DNA of 64,000 nucleotides. It comes from Entomortierella parvispora E1425. Lineage: Eukaryota; Fungi; Mortierellomycota. Shown piece by piece: positions 32,576-45,100 of the stretch. The position numbers and the translations under genes were made by a program. The notes under the pieces were generated by a model, which saw only the letters and a program-made list of their open reading frames with translations, searched no databases and was not told where the DNA came from. Position 1 is the first letter of the stretch. Each line of letters opens with the position of its first letter. The stretch is from the NCBI GenBank assembly GCA_020891255.1, contig BQFW01000006.1, forward strand, positions 434,001 to 498,000, in the 5' to 3' direction.

Positions 32576-34293
32576 GCGATGTAGGGCCAATATACAAAGC
32601 GGCGCAGGTTGTCGTGAGTCTTCTGGAAGCCAAAGTGTCCAGCGGTGGTGGAGTCGTGAGCATCGCGTAGGAGGGTGAGGCGGATGGAAGAGTGCCGAGG
32701 GATGGCTAGAGTGGTGGTTCCTCGCCTAGTGTAGTAGAGGAGGTTGTTCTCGAAGCGATATCCATTGTCAACTCTTCCTTCCGGACAGTCCTTGTAGATG
32801 GGTCCGAGGCGAGGGTCGTTCTCCTAGTCCTGCACAAGCTGGTCGCGGACGTCGGAGGACAGCGACAGGCTGAGGTTGTGGAGTTCAACGGGGTCAGGGT
32901 CGCGGTAGTCCGGTCGACGAGAGAGGGCATATTTTCAACTCCTGGCTTGTACTTGAACTCCATGTCGTATTCCTGCAGAAGTGGCGAAGAGTGTCATGGT
33001 CGGTGTTGACAGTGAACTTGGTGCCGTCGAGGTAGTAGCGCCATGTGCGTAGAGCGTGGATGATTGCTAGCATCTCCTGCTCATGGGTGCGATAGTTCAG
33101 CTCGGCTGATTGCATTTTTCTGGAAGTGAATGCAACCGGATGAGCGTTGCCATGTCGGTCCACCTGAACCAGTACAGCGCCAATGGCGAAGCCAGAAGCA
33201 TCCGTGTCAACGAAGGTAGGGAGATCCCGGTCGAAGATGCGGAGGACGGGGGCAGAGCAGATGGCGCGTTTGAGCTGAAGGAATGCAGATTGTTGTTCGT
33301 CGGTCCATTTGAAGGGAGTGTTGTTGGCGAGGAGGGAGGAGAGAGGGAGTGCAGTTTTCGCAAAGCCTGATACGTACTGTTGATAAAATTGCGCAAGCCC
33401 CAAAAACTGCTGGACATCCTTTGTGCTCTTGGGGGTCGGCCACTTTCGGATGGCTTTGGTGAGCCCGGCTGCACTTGCTCAATTTCGCGTAGAGACCGTT
33501 CTTGCGGAGTAGGGCCAAAACACTTCGGAGGTGTTGAAAGTGCTCTCTCTTGGTCTTTGAGTAATCAACAGATCATCGAGGTCAACGACGATCCATTTGT
33601 CCAAGACTGGGTCGAGTACTCGCAGCATCATATTGGAAAACGAAGCGGGGGCGTTAGTGAGACCGAAGGACAACGTTAAATTCAAAGTGACCATAGCGAC
33701 AGCGGAAGGCAGTCTTGTGGGTGTGGGGTTCAAAGATTCGTTGCTGGTGATAGCCTGATAAGAGATCCGTCAATACGGGGCAACGGTGTCGGGTCTTCTT
33801 TGTGATTTTGTTGAGTCCACGATAGTCGACGCACATGCGGAGCGTACCGTCCTTCTTCCGAACGAAAAGAACAGGGGCGCCGAATGGAGACGTACTGGGT
33901 TTGATAAAGTCGGCCTTCAACAATTGATCCAGTTGTTTTCTGAGTTCGTCTAGCTCCGCTATCGAGAGCCTGATAACGGGTCGGAAGGGAGGTTCGGCTG
34001 TGGGGTCGGTTTCAATCTTCATCGCGTCGCCACAGTCTGGGGGAAGTCCGTCTGGGAGTTTTTCAGGGAAGACGTCAGCAAACTCTTCCATGACAATGGA
34101 CCGCACCTCAGGGGACATGTCTGGAATTTCTACGCTCGATCTCGTCAGAATGTTCTGGGGTGTTGCGGATGAGGGCAAGAAATACATCGGAGCCGGGTAA
34201 GGTTGCCATGGCGTGGAAATGCATGTGTATGAGGAGGAGGCCTTTGGAGCGGGATTGGATGTGATCAGCCTTGAAGCCACGACAGTTCCATAG

Positions 34294-34414
34294 TGTGATG
34301 TTCTCGTGGGGTCTTACTTACAAACAATAACATCCAATAGAAGTCAACGAGAACAAGAGAGGGTTTTATTAAAGACAGGCACCAGCAGGTCTTTTATAGT
34401 CCGGCAGGTGCCAG
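34294..34414 (-). mobile_element. 3' half of a further LTR type (G), cut by A4
   Basis: Minus strand carries TATAAAA, AATAAA and the terminus ACATCACA; it sits in B' protease-RT spacer sequence. Confidence 0.65.
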
Positions 34415-35491
34415 TGTGATGTTGTCTAAAGCAAGTATAGTGTAACGTCAGCAAAGGCTGGAAGTGAAAATGATAACGAAAAGAATAATAACGAACAAAG
34501 CTCTCTGCTTACATATGATGGGGACTTTGCTCTCAGTGCCACAGTGATGAAGCACAGCGCTGCTATACGATACTGGATAGACAGGAGGAGGAACGCAAAC
34601 TGAAAGGAGACATGGGTGAATTGAGTGGTCATTCATTTCTCATTGCATTTATTGGAAAATACCAAGGAAATGTTAGTAGGGAGGGGGTAAGGTGAAACTA
34701 GATGGAGGGAATGCAAATGGCGTTCATGTCGAAATCAGCAAATCATCTGATCATTTTTGCACAGCACTGTAGTATCAAAACAAGAGAACAAAACAACTAC
34801 GGAGGCGAACACTAGGCAACCACACTAACCATTAACAACAACAACGGGGGCATTGAAAGGATCTAGTCAGTAAAGAGCAAGGCTAAAGCTATTCTATCCG
34901 GGAAGGGGGACAAGGCCGCCTAACTGAGGGTTCAGGAGGGACTCGAGGGAAGGCGACGAGAAGATAAGGGAGGTTCCCAAGCACCAGTTAAGGCCTCAGG
35001 ATGGGATGCCAAGATCGTACAAGTCCACTCAAAAGAGACAAGACATTGTTGGTACCTCGTAAGTGAGCAAGGACACGGAGAAGTGGTTGGCCGAGGTTCT
35101 TGACGGGACTTGTCGAGGACGGGGAAGATCGTAACTTGTGAGTGTACAAGGTCGATCAACAGAACGCAGTAGGTCTGTGATATCCAAAGGTAAGGGGGGG
35201 AGGAGGTTTAGACTAGCTACTAATAGTCTCAGCAATCGGAATTAAGGCGTCGAGCTTGCTGCTGCTGCAAAGGGGATATCGGGCAGGAAGGGGGGGATGT
35301 GTGTTTGTGTTCTGAAGGGTTCAACAAAAGTGTACTGGCAGGAATCGTAAAGGAAAAAGGCAACCGAAAAAGTAGGGAAGGAAGCGACCCAGAGCAATTA
35401 CTGCTCTGAACACGAAATTATATTAACGCAATCTTTTAAGGGTATCTAAACTGACTTCTACAAATGTGTGATCTGTATCTACTACACCACA
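34415..35491 (-). mobile_element. Mosaic LTR A4 (1077 bp): A-type body, E-type outer end; flanks CCAG / GCGG
   Basis: A-like from 34415 to ~35365 with a ~190-bp substituted block; 35366-35491 matches E1 ~7894-8021. Confidence 0.88.
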
Positions 35492-35646
35492 GCGGAGGCC
35501 CATAAATTGTCTGAAATAAATCACAGAATGAAATCTGAACAAGTATAATGTGGTGCCACGAGGACAGGGCATCACTATTTTTTTCATAAAGTATCTCATC
35601 TTGCAGCTAAATAGACTCTATGTAGTCTACATGTACAATATATTAT

Positions 35647-38600
35647 TCAGTCCATCTTCACATCTGACAGAGCAGTAGCAGTTGGGGGAATGCTCATGCC
35701 ATCTGATGCTGTAGAAGTTGACGGCCCAGACAAAGATTCCACGTCCTGTCCATCAAATTCGCCTTCAAAAATAAATTCGCCCATCATATCCAGTGTCTTG
35801 GAGTCTCCCATAAATTCCAAAGAGCCTGCCCAGCTTTCGCTGTCATCGATTTGTTCCGCCAACCCTGATGAGCCGCCTGCCACTTGACCATACGTATCAG
35901 AAACCGAGCTCATGTTTCCAATAAATGGCTGTCTGGACTTTAAGCCTGCATAATAATTAGGGGTGACGGGATCAAAGTCAAGGCCATCATTTGCAGTACC
36001 CAAATGGGCGCTTGGTTTAGAGAGGCTGTCTAGATCACCAAGTGAGCTGTTCGCAGGATTTACAATGCCCATAATCGATGTAACAGGCGATGGAATAGAG
36101 ACAGGAGAACTAACCGCATTGGAGACACTGTTTCTTGCAAAGGATGCGGTGCCTTCGGTTGCAACAAGACTCTCAGCTGAGTCTCTCGGCCCTGATTGTC
36201 TTGTAAGTGCAGGATCTGGAGCGGAAACTGAGACAGATGGTTCTTCAATCATACTTCCTTTTCTCTTCGAAGAGGATTCTTTTTTACTTGTCCCTTTTCG
36301 ATTTCTTGCTCCTCCAAGCGAGGATGCGTTCCCAACAACAGGTGTTTTGGTTTGACCTGAGGCCGCTGTGGAGGCTATTGAGGAGTTCCTTGCCCGCTTA
36401 GGGCCCTTTACTGTTGTCCCCGATATCGCTGAAGTCGAAATAGCAACAGGGGGTTTAGTGGAAGGAGATAATAACGGAGAGCCGATAACTGATGCGGTTT
36501 GGTGTTGGGCGATGGTTTGAATCTGGTGTACGTTCGGCGCATGACCGCTGACTGTATAGCTTGCGGGCGCCGCACCGTTAACAATAGCATTGCTTTCCAA
36601 TACTGGTGATCGGTTGGGAGTGCTGAAAGACATGGCGAGTGCTCCTTGAGAGACGCCACCAGAGAATCTACGTTTTGTTGAGTCTAGAGTAGTGTTCGGT
36701 TGAACGCTGTCGCCATCTGTTAAGAATGAACCCGCATGGTTTATGGTTGGATTTTGTGCTGACTGCGCTACTCCAATGGCTGAATTAGTATGGGACTGAA
36801 GGGCTATTGCGTCTTTGGTCTGCGGAAACGCAGTATTGTCTAATGGCGTTTGATAACAAGAGAGCTTTAGTCAACATACTGTATGGTCGAGAATGCTTGA
36901 AGGTTGCCATATATAGTAAGTACCTCCCCCCCCACTCGAATTCACAGGGTCAGTTTCATCCACTGCTGATTTTACATCGGCTGTCTACAGAGGTAGATCG
37001 TAACAGAATCAGTCAGTACTTGTCATGCCAATGTTAAAATCCAACTACCTGCCATCCACAAACCTCGAAAGCCTTCATAGCCTTGCTTGTAACTCCGAAC
37101 TCATTAACAACGCTCTCCGGAATAGGTTGTGCAGGTTTTGGTTGAGAAGTACGTTTGGCAGAGTTCTTCTTTTTCATCTCCACCTTTGATTCCAAGACCG
37201 CGCTGCCCTGCGTATCTATAGCGGGCCGAGGTATATATTCCACAAAATCCACTGCTGCAAATTCCATGTCGTTGAATTTATAATCCGGCGAAAAAACAAC
37301 TTTTATGATACCAGTTGTCATGACCTGCCAATTTTACAATATCTTGAGTTAATGAATATGCTGAAACAGTGCAGTGCCACAGGTCTCAACTAAAATGGTA
37401 TACCTTAGTCCCATTTATATAGTCAGATATAAACGTGGTTTTAGCACACTCCAATGTAAGGGGGTTCTTGCTTGTCTGCTCTACAGTTGTGTCCAGCGCC
37501 ATCTTTGTATTTTTCACACCTGATTGGCTATTGGTATGGTAACATTTAGCAAGTGATGGTGCCGATATTTCTTTAAGATATAAAAGTCATGAAAGTGAGA
37601 TTAGTATTCGCCATACACCACTCACATATCAACAAGAGCTTCCAGCAACTCACCAAATATCTTCATCTCTTTCGTCCACGGATTCACAAGACTGAGCTTT
37701 TGCCTTCCTTCTGACGAATAAAATCTGTTAACAAATAATTGCCAAACCTCAAGAGGTTGGTTCTAAGAAGTAATCAAAGGTGCAATATATTAAATGCTTG
37801 TTACTTTGAGCGGGTTATCGTTGGTGCCGCAACTTACAACTTCCTGGCAATTCAGATATTGTCCAAACTCAAACAGTTTGAGAAGAGCCCTCGAATCCCT
37901 TTCTGCGTGCAGGGTGTTATTACTAAGTTGTCCAAAGTGTGAAGTATACCACCATTAGTTAGAGCGATATTATGGCTAGAGCGGGACATATAATGCATCG
38001 AAAATTTCGCACCTTGGCAAGAGGGGTGCAGTAGCTTGCCAAGATTGCTGCCGGATTAACTGGGGTTGCGGTATGTGCTGCTGAATTAGTTGCTGCTGTT
38101 GCTGCTGCTGCTGTAGTTGTAGTTGTTGTTGATGAATCAAATGCTGTTGCTGTTGCTGATGAAGTTGAAGTTGCACTTGATGCTGCTGATGCTGCACCTG
38201 CTGAAGATGATGTTGGTGTTGGTGCACTGGTAAGGATAATTGCTGGTGTTGATGCTGGAGTTGCTGCTGTTGCTGCTGGATTTGTAGTTGCCGCTGTTGT
38301 TGCAACTGAATTGAGAGGGCATGGTTTGGTGGGAGCTGATATGTGAACCCTTGTACTGGGCTAGGATTAGGGCCCTGCATTGCTGCGGCGAGCATTTGTT
38401 GCTGTGGTACTTGCTGTCCTTGCTGAGGCGGCGGTTGTTGTGGATTCTGCCTTTGTTGCGGAAGCTGGGCTTGCATTTGAAGTTGCTGAAGCTGGTATGG
38501 GTGTGATTGTATTTGCTGAATAGGATTTAATTGGGCATTCGACATGCCTACGGTTGTCGCTGGCGCACTGGACCTAATTTGTGTTGGGGATCTCAATGGT

Positions 38601-38806
38601 GGCACGCCACCCTGGGTTCCTGTACTTGACTCCAACAGAGGGAATGCTCTTGATGCATCAAGGGTAGGCATACCAGGGTGCAGGTGGGTTGCGTTTCCAT
38701 TCATGCCGAACATAGTGCTGATGCAAAGGTTGGAGTAAGAGAGGTGTTCGTTTGGAAGTGCACCTTGGACTGGCGGCCAAGTTGAGTAGATGCGGCTGAT
38801 GAACAA
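35647..38806 (-). CDS. LIM-domain-binding (LDB/SEUSS/Adn1-type) transcriptional coregulator, multi-exon, Q-rich N-terminus
   Basis: Manually read exons RALLKLFEFGQYL, FYSSEGRQKLSL...KIF, EISAPSLAKCYHTNSQSGV...LECAKT, TTGIIKVVFSPDYKFNDMEFAAVDFVEYIPR and NEFGVTSKAMKAFE follow the LIM_bind pattern. The start codon is uncertain. Confidence 0.82.
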
Positions 38807-39177
38807 ATAAGAGAGTGAGTGGCGAAGTCAAATCGGACGGTTGGTGGCAAATCCTAAGTTTGGAGCGCGTCTCGCACAGACTCGGAACGAATAGATAACG
38901 ATGGGATTATCGTGGAGAGAGACGGTGGTGATGGCGATGGCGATGGTGATGGCCACGGAGTTCACGTTCAATAATTGACTGGCTGGGGTTGCTGCCTATT
39001 GCTGGAAGATGATGATGTGTACTGTACAAAGATGCAAGAGGCATTGCGCACACGTGACCCCATTTGGCGCTCGACAGCATGACACATCTGACACTTCTTA
39101 AATTTCACACATCATCAACATATACATACATATAAATCCACCCAACACATCCAAATCCACACTTCTTGAGGAGTACG

Positions 39178-42100
39178 ATGGTGGTAAGGACTCTTAATCC
39201 TGCTTTGAGCTAGAGTACAGATTGTCGCGAAATGTAAGAATAATGCAAGACTAACGTGTCACCTGTAGGGACATGGTACTGTCAACCAGGATGACTTTCC
39301 TACTGCAGACAGCCTCTTTGGCGATGGCGATGGTTCCTTCCTTTTTCAATTAGATGCAAATAAGATTCAGGCACAGATCCCTAATCTCCCGCCAGCATCC
39401 ACCACACCTCTGGCTACCGCGGAAAGCCTCTTTGGAAACGGCAGCAGAGCCTGTCCTCCCCAGTTAGATGGAAAGATCGTGCCGGAACAGATTTCTCCAG
39501 GTTGGCCAGCACCCGCAACATCGATGGCTACCGCCGAAAGTCTCTTCGGGGGCGACGGGAGCACCTACTTACACGGGTTTAACATGGAACATGCAAAGCC
39601 ACAAATTGGGTTTGGTCCAACACAGAGAACATCAATTTCCAAATTGAACAGTCTTTTTGGCAGCAGCGATGATGACGTCTATCCGCAGCATACAGACTCA
39701 AAGCGGGCACAGGAGCAGCTTTCTTCTAGATTGGCATCATCTAGCACGCCAATGTCTACCGAGGAAAACATCTTTGGAAACGAAATTGGTATTAATACCG
39801 ATCCTCACCAGCCCGACGCAGGACATACGCAGGAGCGGATTTCTTCTGGACCAACATTATCCAGCATACCAATGGCTACTGCTGATAGTCTATTTGGAAG
39901 CGACAGTGGTGCCTGTTTTCACCAGCTAGACGCAAAGCCGACTCAGGGGCGGATTCTATCTGAACCAACCTCCTTTTCAGCCTCTGACAGTTACTTTAAA
40001 AGTGACGTTGGACCCTATTTCAACAAACTAGACGCGAAACAGACGCAGGGGCAGAGTGTATCTATACCAGTTTCGTCTACAGGCGTTGACAGTCTCTTTG
40101 GAAGCAGTGCTGGCCCTTATATTTACAATCCAGACGAAGAGCAGAAGCAGGAACGGGTTTCTTCTGAACCAAAATCGTCCATGACACCGGTGACTAGCGC
40201 ACCACTGTCGACCACCGATAATCTAATCGGAAGAGACAGTGATCCCTATCTTCACCAATCGGACACAAGCCAGATACAGAGGGAGATCCAATCCGGACCA
40301 GGGGTATTTACTACCGCTGACAGTCTCTTTGGAGACGACCGCGGTGTTCCATATTTTCACCTACCAGACAAACAGCGGGCACAAGGGCAGGTCTCTTCCG
40401 AACCAGAAGCATCCAGTGCACCAATCCTGACCACTGATATTCTCTTCAGAAACGGTGGTGACGGAAACCAGCCACAAGAGCAAGTCCAATCTGGACCGGG
40501 GCCATCTGCTGCCGTTGATAGTTTCTTTACGGGCGAAGATGGTGGTCCCTATTTTCATCAGTCAGACGAACAGCAGACACAGGAGAGATCCAGTGCAACA
40601 ATCGCCAGCACTGACAATGTCGTTGGAAACGATGGTAGCTCTTATTTTCTCCTGCAGCACACAGAGCAGATTTGGGCCCCCATTTCTTCAGGATCATCAT
40701 CATCTCTTATGCCATTGGATGCCACAAATGATATTTCTGTGCTAGGCAAGGATCCTTTGTTCCCCCTCTATGAAGGCACATCTCAATCACTGACGCAAGC
40801 CAGCGTAGATCTTCCTCAGCAGGTTTCATCAACTACCAAGGCTGATCTGGTCATGCAGAGTTCAGGAATGGAGCCTGCCCCGACTGAACAGTCATCGGCT
40901 GCAGCAACAGATGTCAAACAATCACAGTCGTCGAAGTTACTGGAGGGGCAATACCCCATTGCATATTCTCAGGAGGAACGCCATGCATATGGCCATCATG
41001 CTCATGACCAAACGGGTGTTGTCTATTTTGAAGATCACAGACACGGTCTCTCAGAGCCCACTACAGCCCAACCACCGCGTGATATATTAACTGTAGAAAA
41101 CACTGAGTTGCCGTTTCCTGGGATTTCTGAAGAGGACGTCAAGGATGATTCCCCCGAAGACGCCGTCGGTCTTCCATCGGCTGATATTCTTTTTGGAGGA
41201 AGTATTTCTTCTGATCTATTTTTACCGGCAGCACCTGCCCAGTTTACTCACTTTGGGTTGCCATTACACACTCGACCTGCAGACACCATGGTTACAGCAA
41301 TTTTGCGAATTGGACAAGATCGTCCTCAACTCATCGAGACAGACCATCACATGCACTCGTCGGCTGTTGCTATTTCAGCAGAAAACGTTAGCTCTCTGGT
41401 ACGTATAGTTCCTATGTTTTGTTCCTTCGACTGTTAATCCGCCGCTATTTTTTAACGTTTTCGTCTGTTTGTTGTGTCTTATTTCGAAGGAAACTGAGGA
41501 CTTGTTGACCACAGTAGACCCTTTCGAGCGTACCCTAGACGACCATCATCCACCCCTTCTGTCCCCGAAAAGTCATCGTATGGCAACCTCCGGGGATAGC
41601 GAGCAACAAAGCCAGCAACAGTGGACTGACGTTCCATTGGATCATGGCCCATTTGTTGCCGGACTACAGGCGTCTCCAAACACAAAGGGTCCAGTTCCTT
41701 CTCCACCACCACCACCACCACCACCACCAGAGCGCCGTTTAGGGTCGTTGATTGATTCAGCTACCCTCGGGGCTGTTGAAGAGCTTTTGGCTATGCCGAA
41801 GTCTGCCGCGTTTGAGAGGGGCATGTCCAGACTTTTCAAAGGTGTGAAGAACAGCGCTCACTCAATTTTTTCTTCACCAACATCGACGACTATTGAAAAG
41901 CCTGTCCACGAACAATCTCGATCTGTCAGCGATGTGCCACACAGCATTATGCACGAGCCAGAGTCATTGCCCAGCTTGCCAACCTTGGCGCCTGGTGCAG
42001 TACTAGACCCACTGAAAAGTCCTCATCAATCACCACCTCCAAAAGCGCTCTCGCCACCCCCGAAAGCCCTCCCTCCACCTCCGAAAGCAAATCAGCAGCG

Positions 42101-45100
42101 GAAGACCCCAAACATTCCGAAAGCTTCAACCTTGAAGACGTCCACTGGGAGCTTAGATGTTGAAAATTATGACTGGGCTCATCGTCAAAACATTCAACCC
42201 TTTGTCGAAGACATTCCCTTGACAATGTCAGACTTGAGCTTTGGTAAGAGTTGTTAGGGCATCTTCTTTGATCAGAGTGTTACATAGTTACTGATACGCG
42301 CTTATATTCTCCTCCAGACCCCTCCGCAGGGAGCAAAAAAAATGGAGAATCTGACCCTTCGAATGGGGCTCGGGAGCTCAGAGAAACATCAAGTGGGTCG
42401 TACAAATCCACTGGGACTCATCAAGTGGAAAGAGTGCCTGACTCTGCCGAGAAAAATCCCATCACTCCTGGTCTATGTGAGACAGTGACGAAAGCCGAGC
42501 CCCAAATCATTCGCAACAAGAAAGAGGAGCTTTTGGATAAAGCTAGAGAGTTGCGTGAAAGACGACAGAAAGGTGCTGATGTCATCTCCCACCAGCCTCA
42601 CGCACTGCTGAAAGCGTCAGAGAACACCGCAGTGTTGGATGCACAGAGGGCTCTCGAAGAGCATTCAATGCTAAAGTCAGAGCAGACTGCGGTTACACGA
42701 AGCGACATGGGGCACTCGAAGGCGACCATTGTCGTCAAAGAAAATACCCGAGACAGTAGCGAAGGGCAGTCTTCACACGCAGCTTTGGACTCAGTGAACA
42801 TTGCTCAACACCATTTGAGCGATTTAAACAGTGCAAGATATGAGTCGCAGGATGATAGCGAAAATACTGGATGTGATGCGCGGACACCGCCAATCCTTGA
42901 AGTTCGCGACAATCCACATAGTGGAGTGACTGGGGTCACATCATCAAATAGCAAAGGTGAAAAGACGATGGGCTATCCTGATATCGAACATCTGCTAAAG
43001 GTGAACGAAACCATGGAGGCCGATGTGCAGCGCTTACAAGCGCTCGTCCAGGAGCATGAAGCTAAGGCGATCACGACAGCTGTGTTGGACTATCCGGAAG
43101 TCCAACACTTGCTGGAGGTGAACAAAGCTATGAAGGCTGATCTACAGAGCCTTCAAGCGCTTGTCCAGGAGCATGAGGCTAAGGCGGTTACAGCAGCTGT
43201 GATGGACCATCCTGAAGTCCAACAATTACTAGAGGTTAACAGTGTCATGAAGGCTGAGCTTGAGCTCCTGGAGGCGCTTGTCCAGGAGCATGAGACCAAA
43301 GCGATTACAACAGCTGTGATGGACCATCCTGAAGTCCAACAGTTGTTAGAAGTGAACAGAACTATGAAGGCTGATCTACAGAACCTGCAAGCGCATGTCA
43401 AGGAACAGGAGGCCAAGGTGGATGCTCCAACTGTGATGGACCATCCTGAAGTCCAACGCTTATTGGAAGTAAACAAAGCCACAGAGGCTGACCTCCAACG
43501 CCTACAGGCGTTAGTCCAAGAGCAAGAGGCGGTTACGATAGTCATCCAGCGACTCAACAACACAATAGCTGATAAGGATCGGCTTTTGGATGAACTGCAG
43601 CAGCAAAACGGCCGTTTTAGAGAAAGCATACCTGACGTAGCTTTAAATGGCGCGAAGGTCGATAGCATGTCTTCTACAGAGCAGTTGTTGAAGGATGTGG
43701 AAGGTTTACATCGGCAACTAAAGGATCAGAGATCTGATATGAAGGAGCTGCAAGAGCAGCTGAGGTCAACTGAAAGTGAGAAGAAAGCTCAGGCTTTAAA
43801 AATGAGTCAGCTTCAGCAGACAGTGGAGGAGTCAAACAAGCAAATGTAGGCCAATGTTGTGTAATTTTACTCTTTAGGCTAACCACGATTTTTTTATTGG
43901 ACTAATGTTCATTTTTTTTTCTTTGGTCCTTAGCCAAGAACTCAAAAGTCATCAGGTTATGAAGGATGAGGCATATAAAGTTATTCAGAAACGGCTGGTT
44001 GAGACGTTTGAGGAAGAGAAAGCGCAATACATGGACGACGAAGCTCTGAAAATGGCGAAACTGGAATACCGGTACGGATTATTACAGGACGAGATCGAAG
44101 TACTTCGAGCCCAACAGATCTCGCGAGATTCAAATCCCGAGCCTTTGGTCACTCCTGAAATTATTCAAGAGAAGGGGGCCCTGGAGCAGACTGTGGTTTT
44201 CCTCAAAGATCGAGTTTCGGCTCTGGAAGCGTCATTGGCTCACACGGAAACAGAGTCAATGAAGAGGATTGACGAGGTGAAAGCCGAGGCGGCGCTTCAG
44301 AATACACAAATCGAGGAGCAGTTGCGGGCAGCTGTTATCACGTCGGAAGAAAAAATTTCGACCATGCAGGTGGAACTCGACAGCGCGCTGATACAGGGCA
44401 ACAAAAAGGTTGAACTTGAACTGAAACTAGCAGCTATGTCTAAGGAACTGGACATGTCTTTGGATCGTGAGTTGAAATTAAAGGAGTCACTTGCGACAAT
44501 GGCGACAAAGGAGCAAGAAAGAACGTCGCCAAATGATGGAGTCCCTAGAAGTGGTGATGATGAATCAAGTCGAATCGAGTACGATGCTTTGGCAGAACGT
44601 GCTCTAAAGTGGCAAGAGGAGTGTTTCGCTGCTCAAGAGGACAAGATGCTAATGGAAGATAAGCTTCTTCGGACCGAGATGGAGCTTATGTCAGTGCGAG
44701 CACAATTGGAAGAGATCGGGGAGCTCTCGTCTCGCCTTCTGGAGGAGCGAGACCAGTTCAAGCAGAAGCTGGAAGCGCTTCACGGATATGATCAACAGCA
44801 CCGCGATAAGCGTACCGAGGCAGATGAAGAAGTTGTCAAGATCACGACTGAGCTGGAGAACGTTCGCACAGAGCTCCTGGAAGCTCGTTTTGAATCAAGT
44901 CGACTGCAAGCCAATGCCGTCACTTGGAACGAGGAGAAAGTGCAGCTTGATAACAAGCTCAACCAGGTGGCCAAAGAGCTTACAGAGTCGAAAATCAATG
45001 CTGAGAAGACTCGGCAACTTCTCTTGGATGCGAAGGAAAAAGTCGCCCTTCTGGAATCAACATCCTCCAGACAAGAAAACAATGTACATGTCCAGGAAGT

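Larger units (their letters stand above)
31183..34293 (-). pseudogene. Older B-related element B' (PR end, RT, RNase H, IN) with several internal deletions and two insertions
   Basis: Clearly diverged from B1 at synonymous sites. RT and IN motifs are joined across deletions, e.g. KLALS|...VMKKT and SKCS|...; no LTR of its own visible. Confidence 0.88.

Noticed and set aside
38080-38310. CAG/CAA runs as a separate repeat element
   Set aside because: They are ordinary polyglutamine coding of the LIM-binding coregulator.
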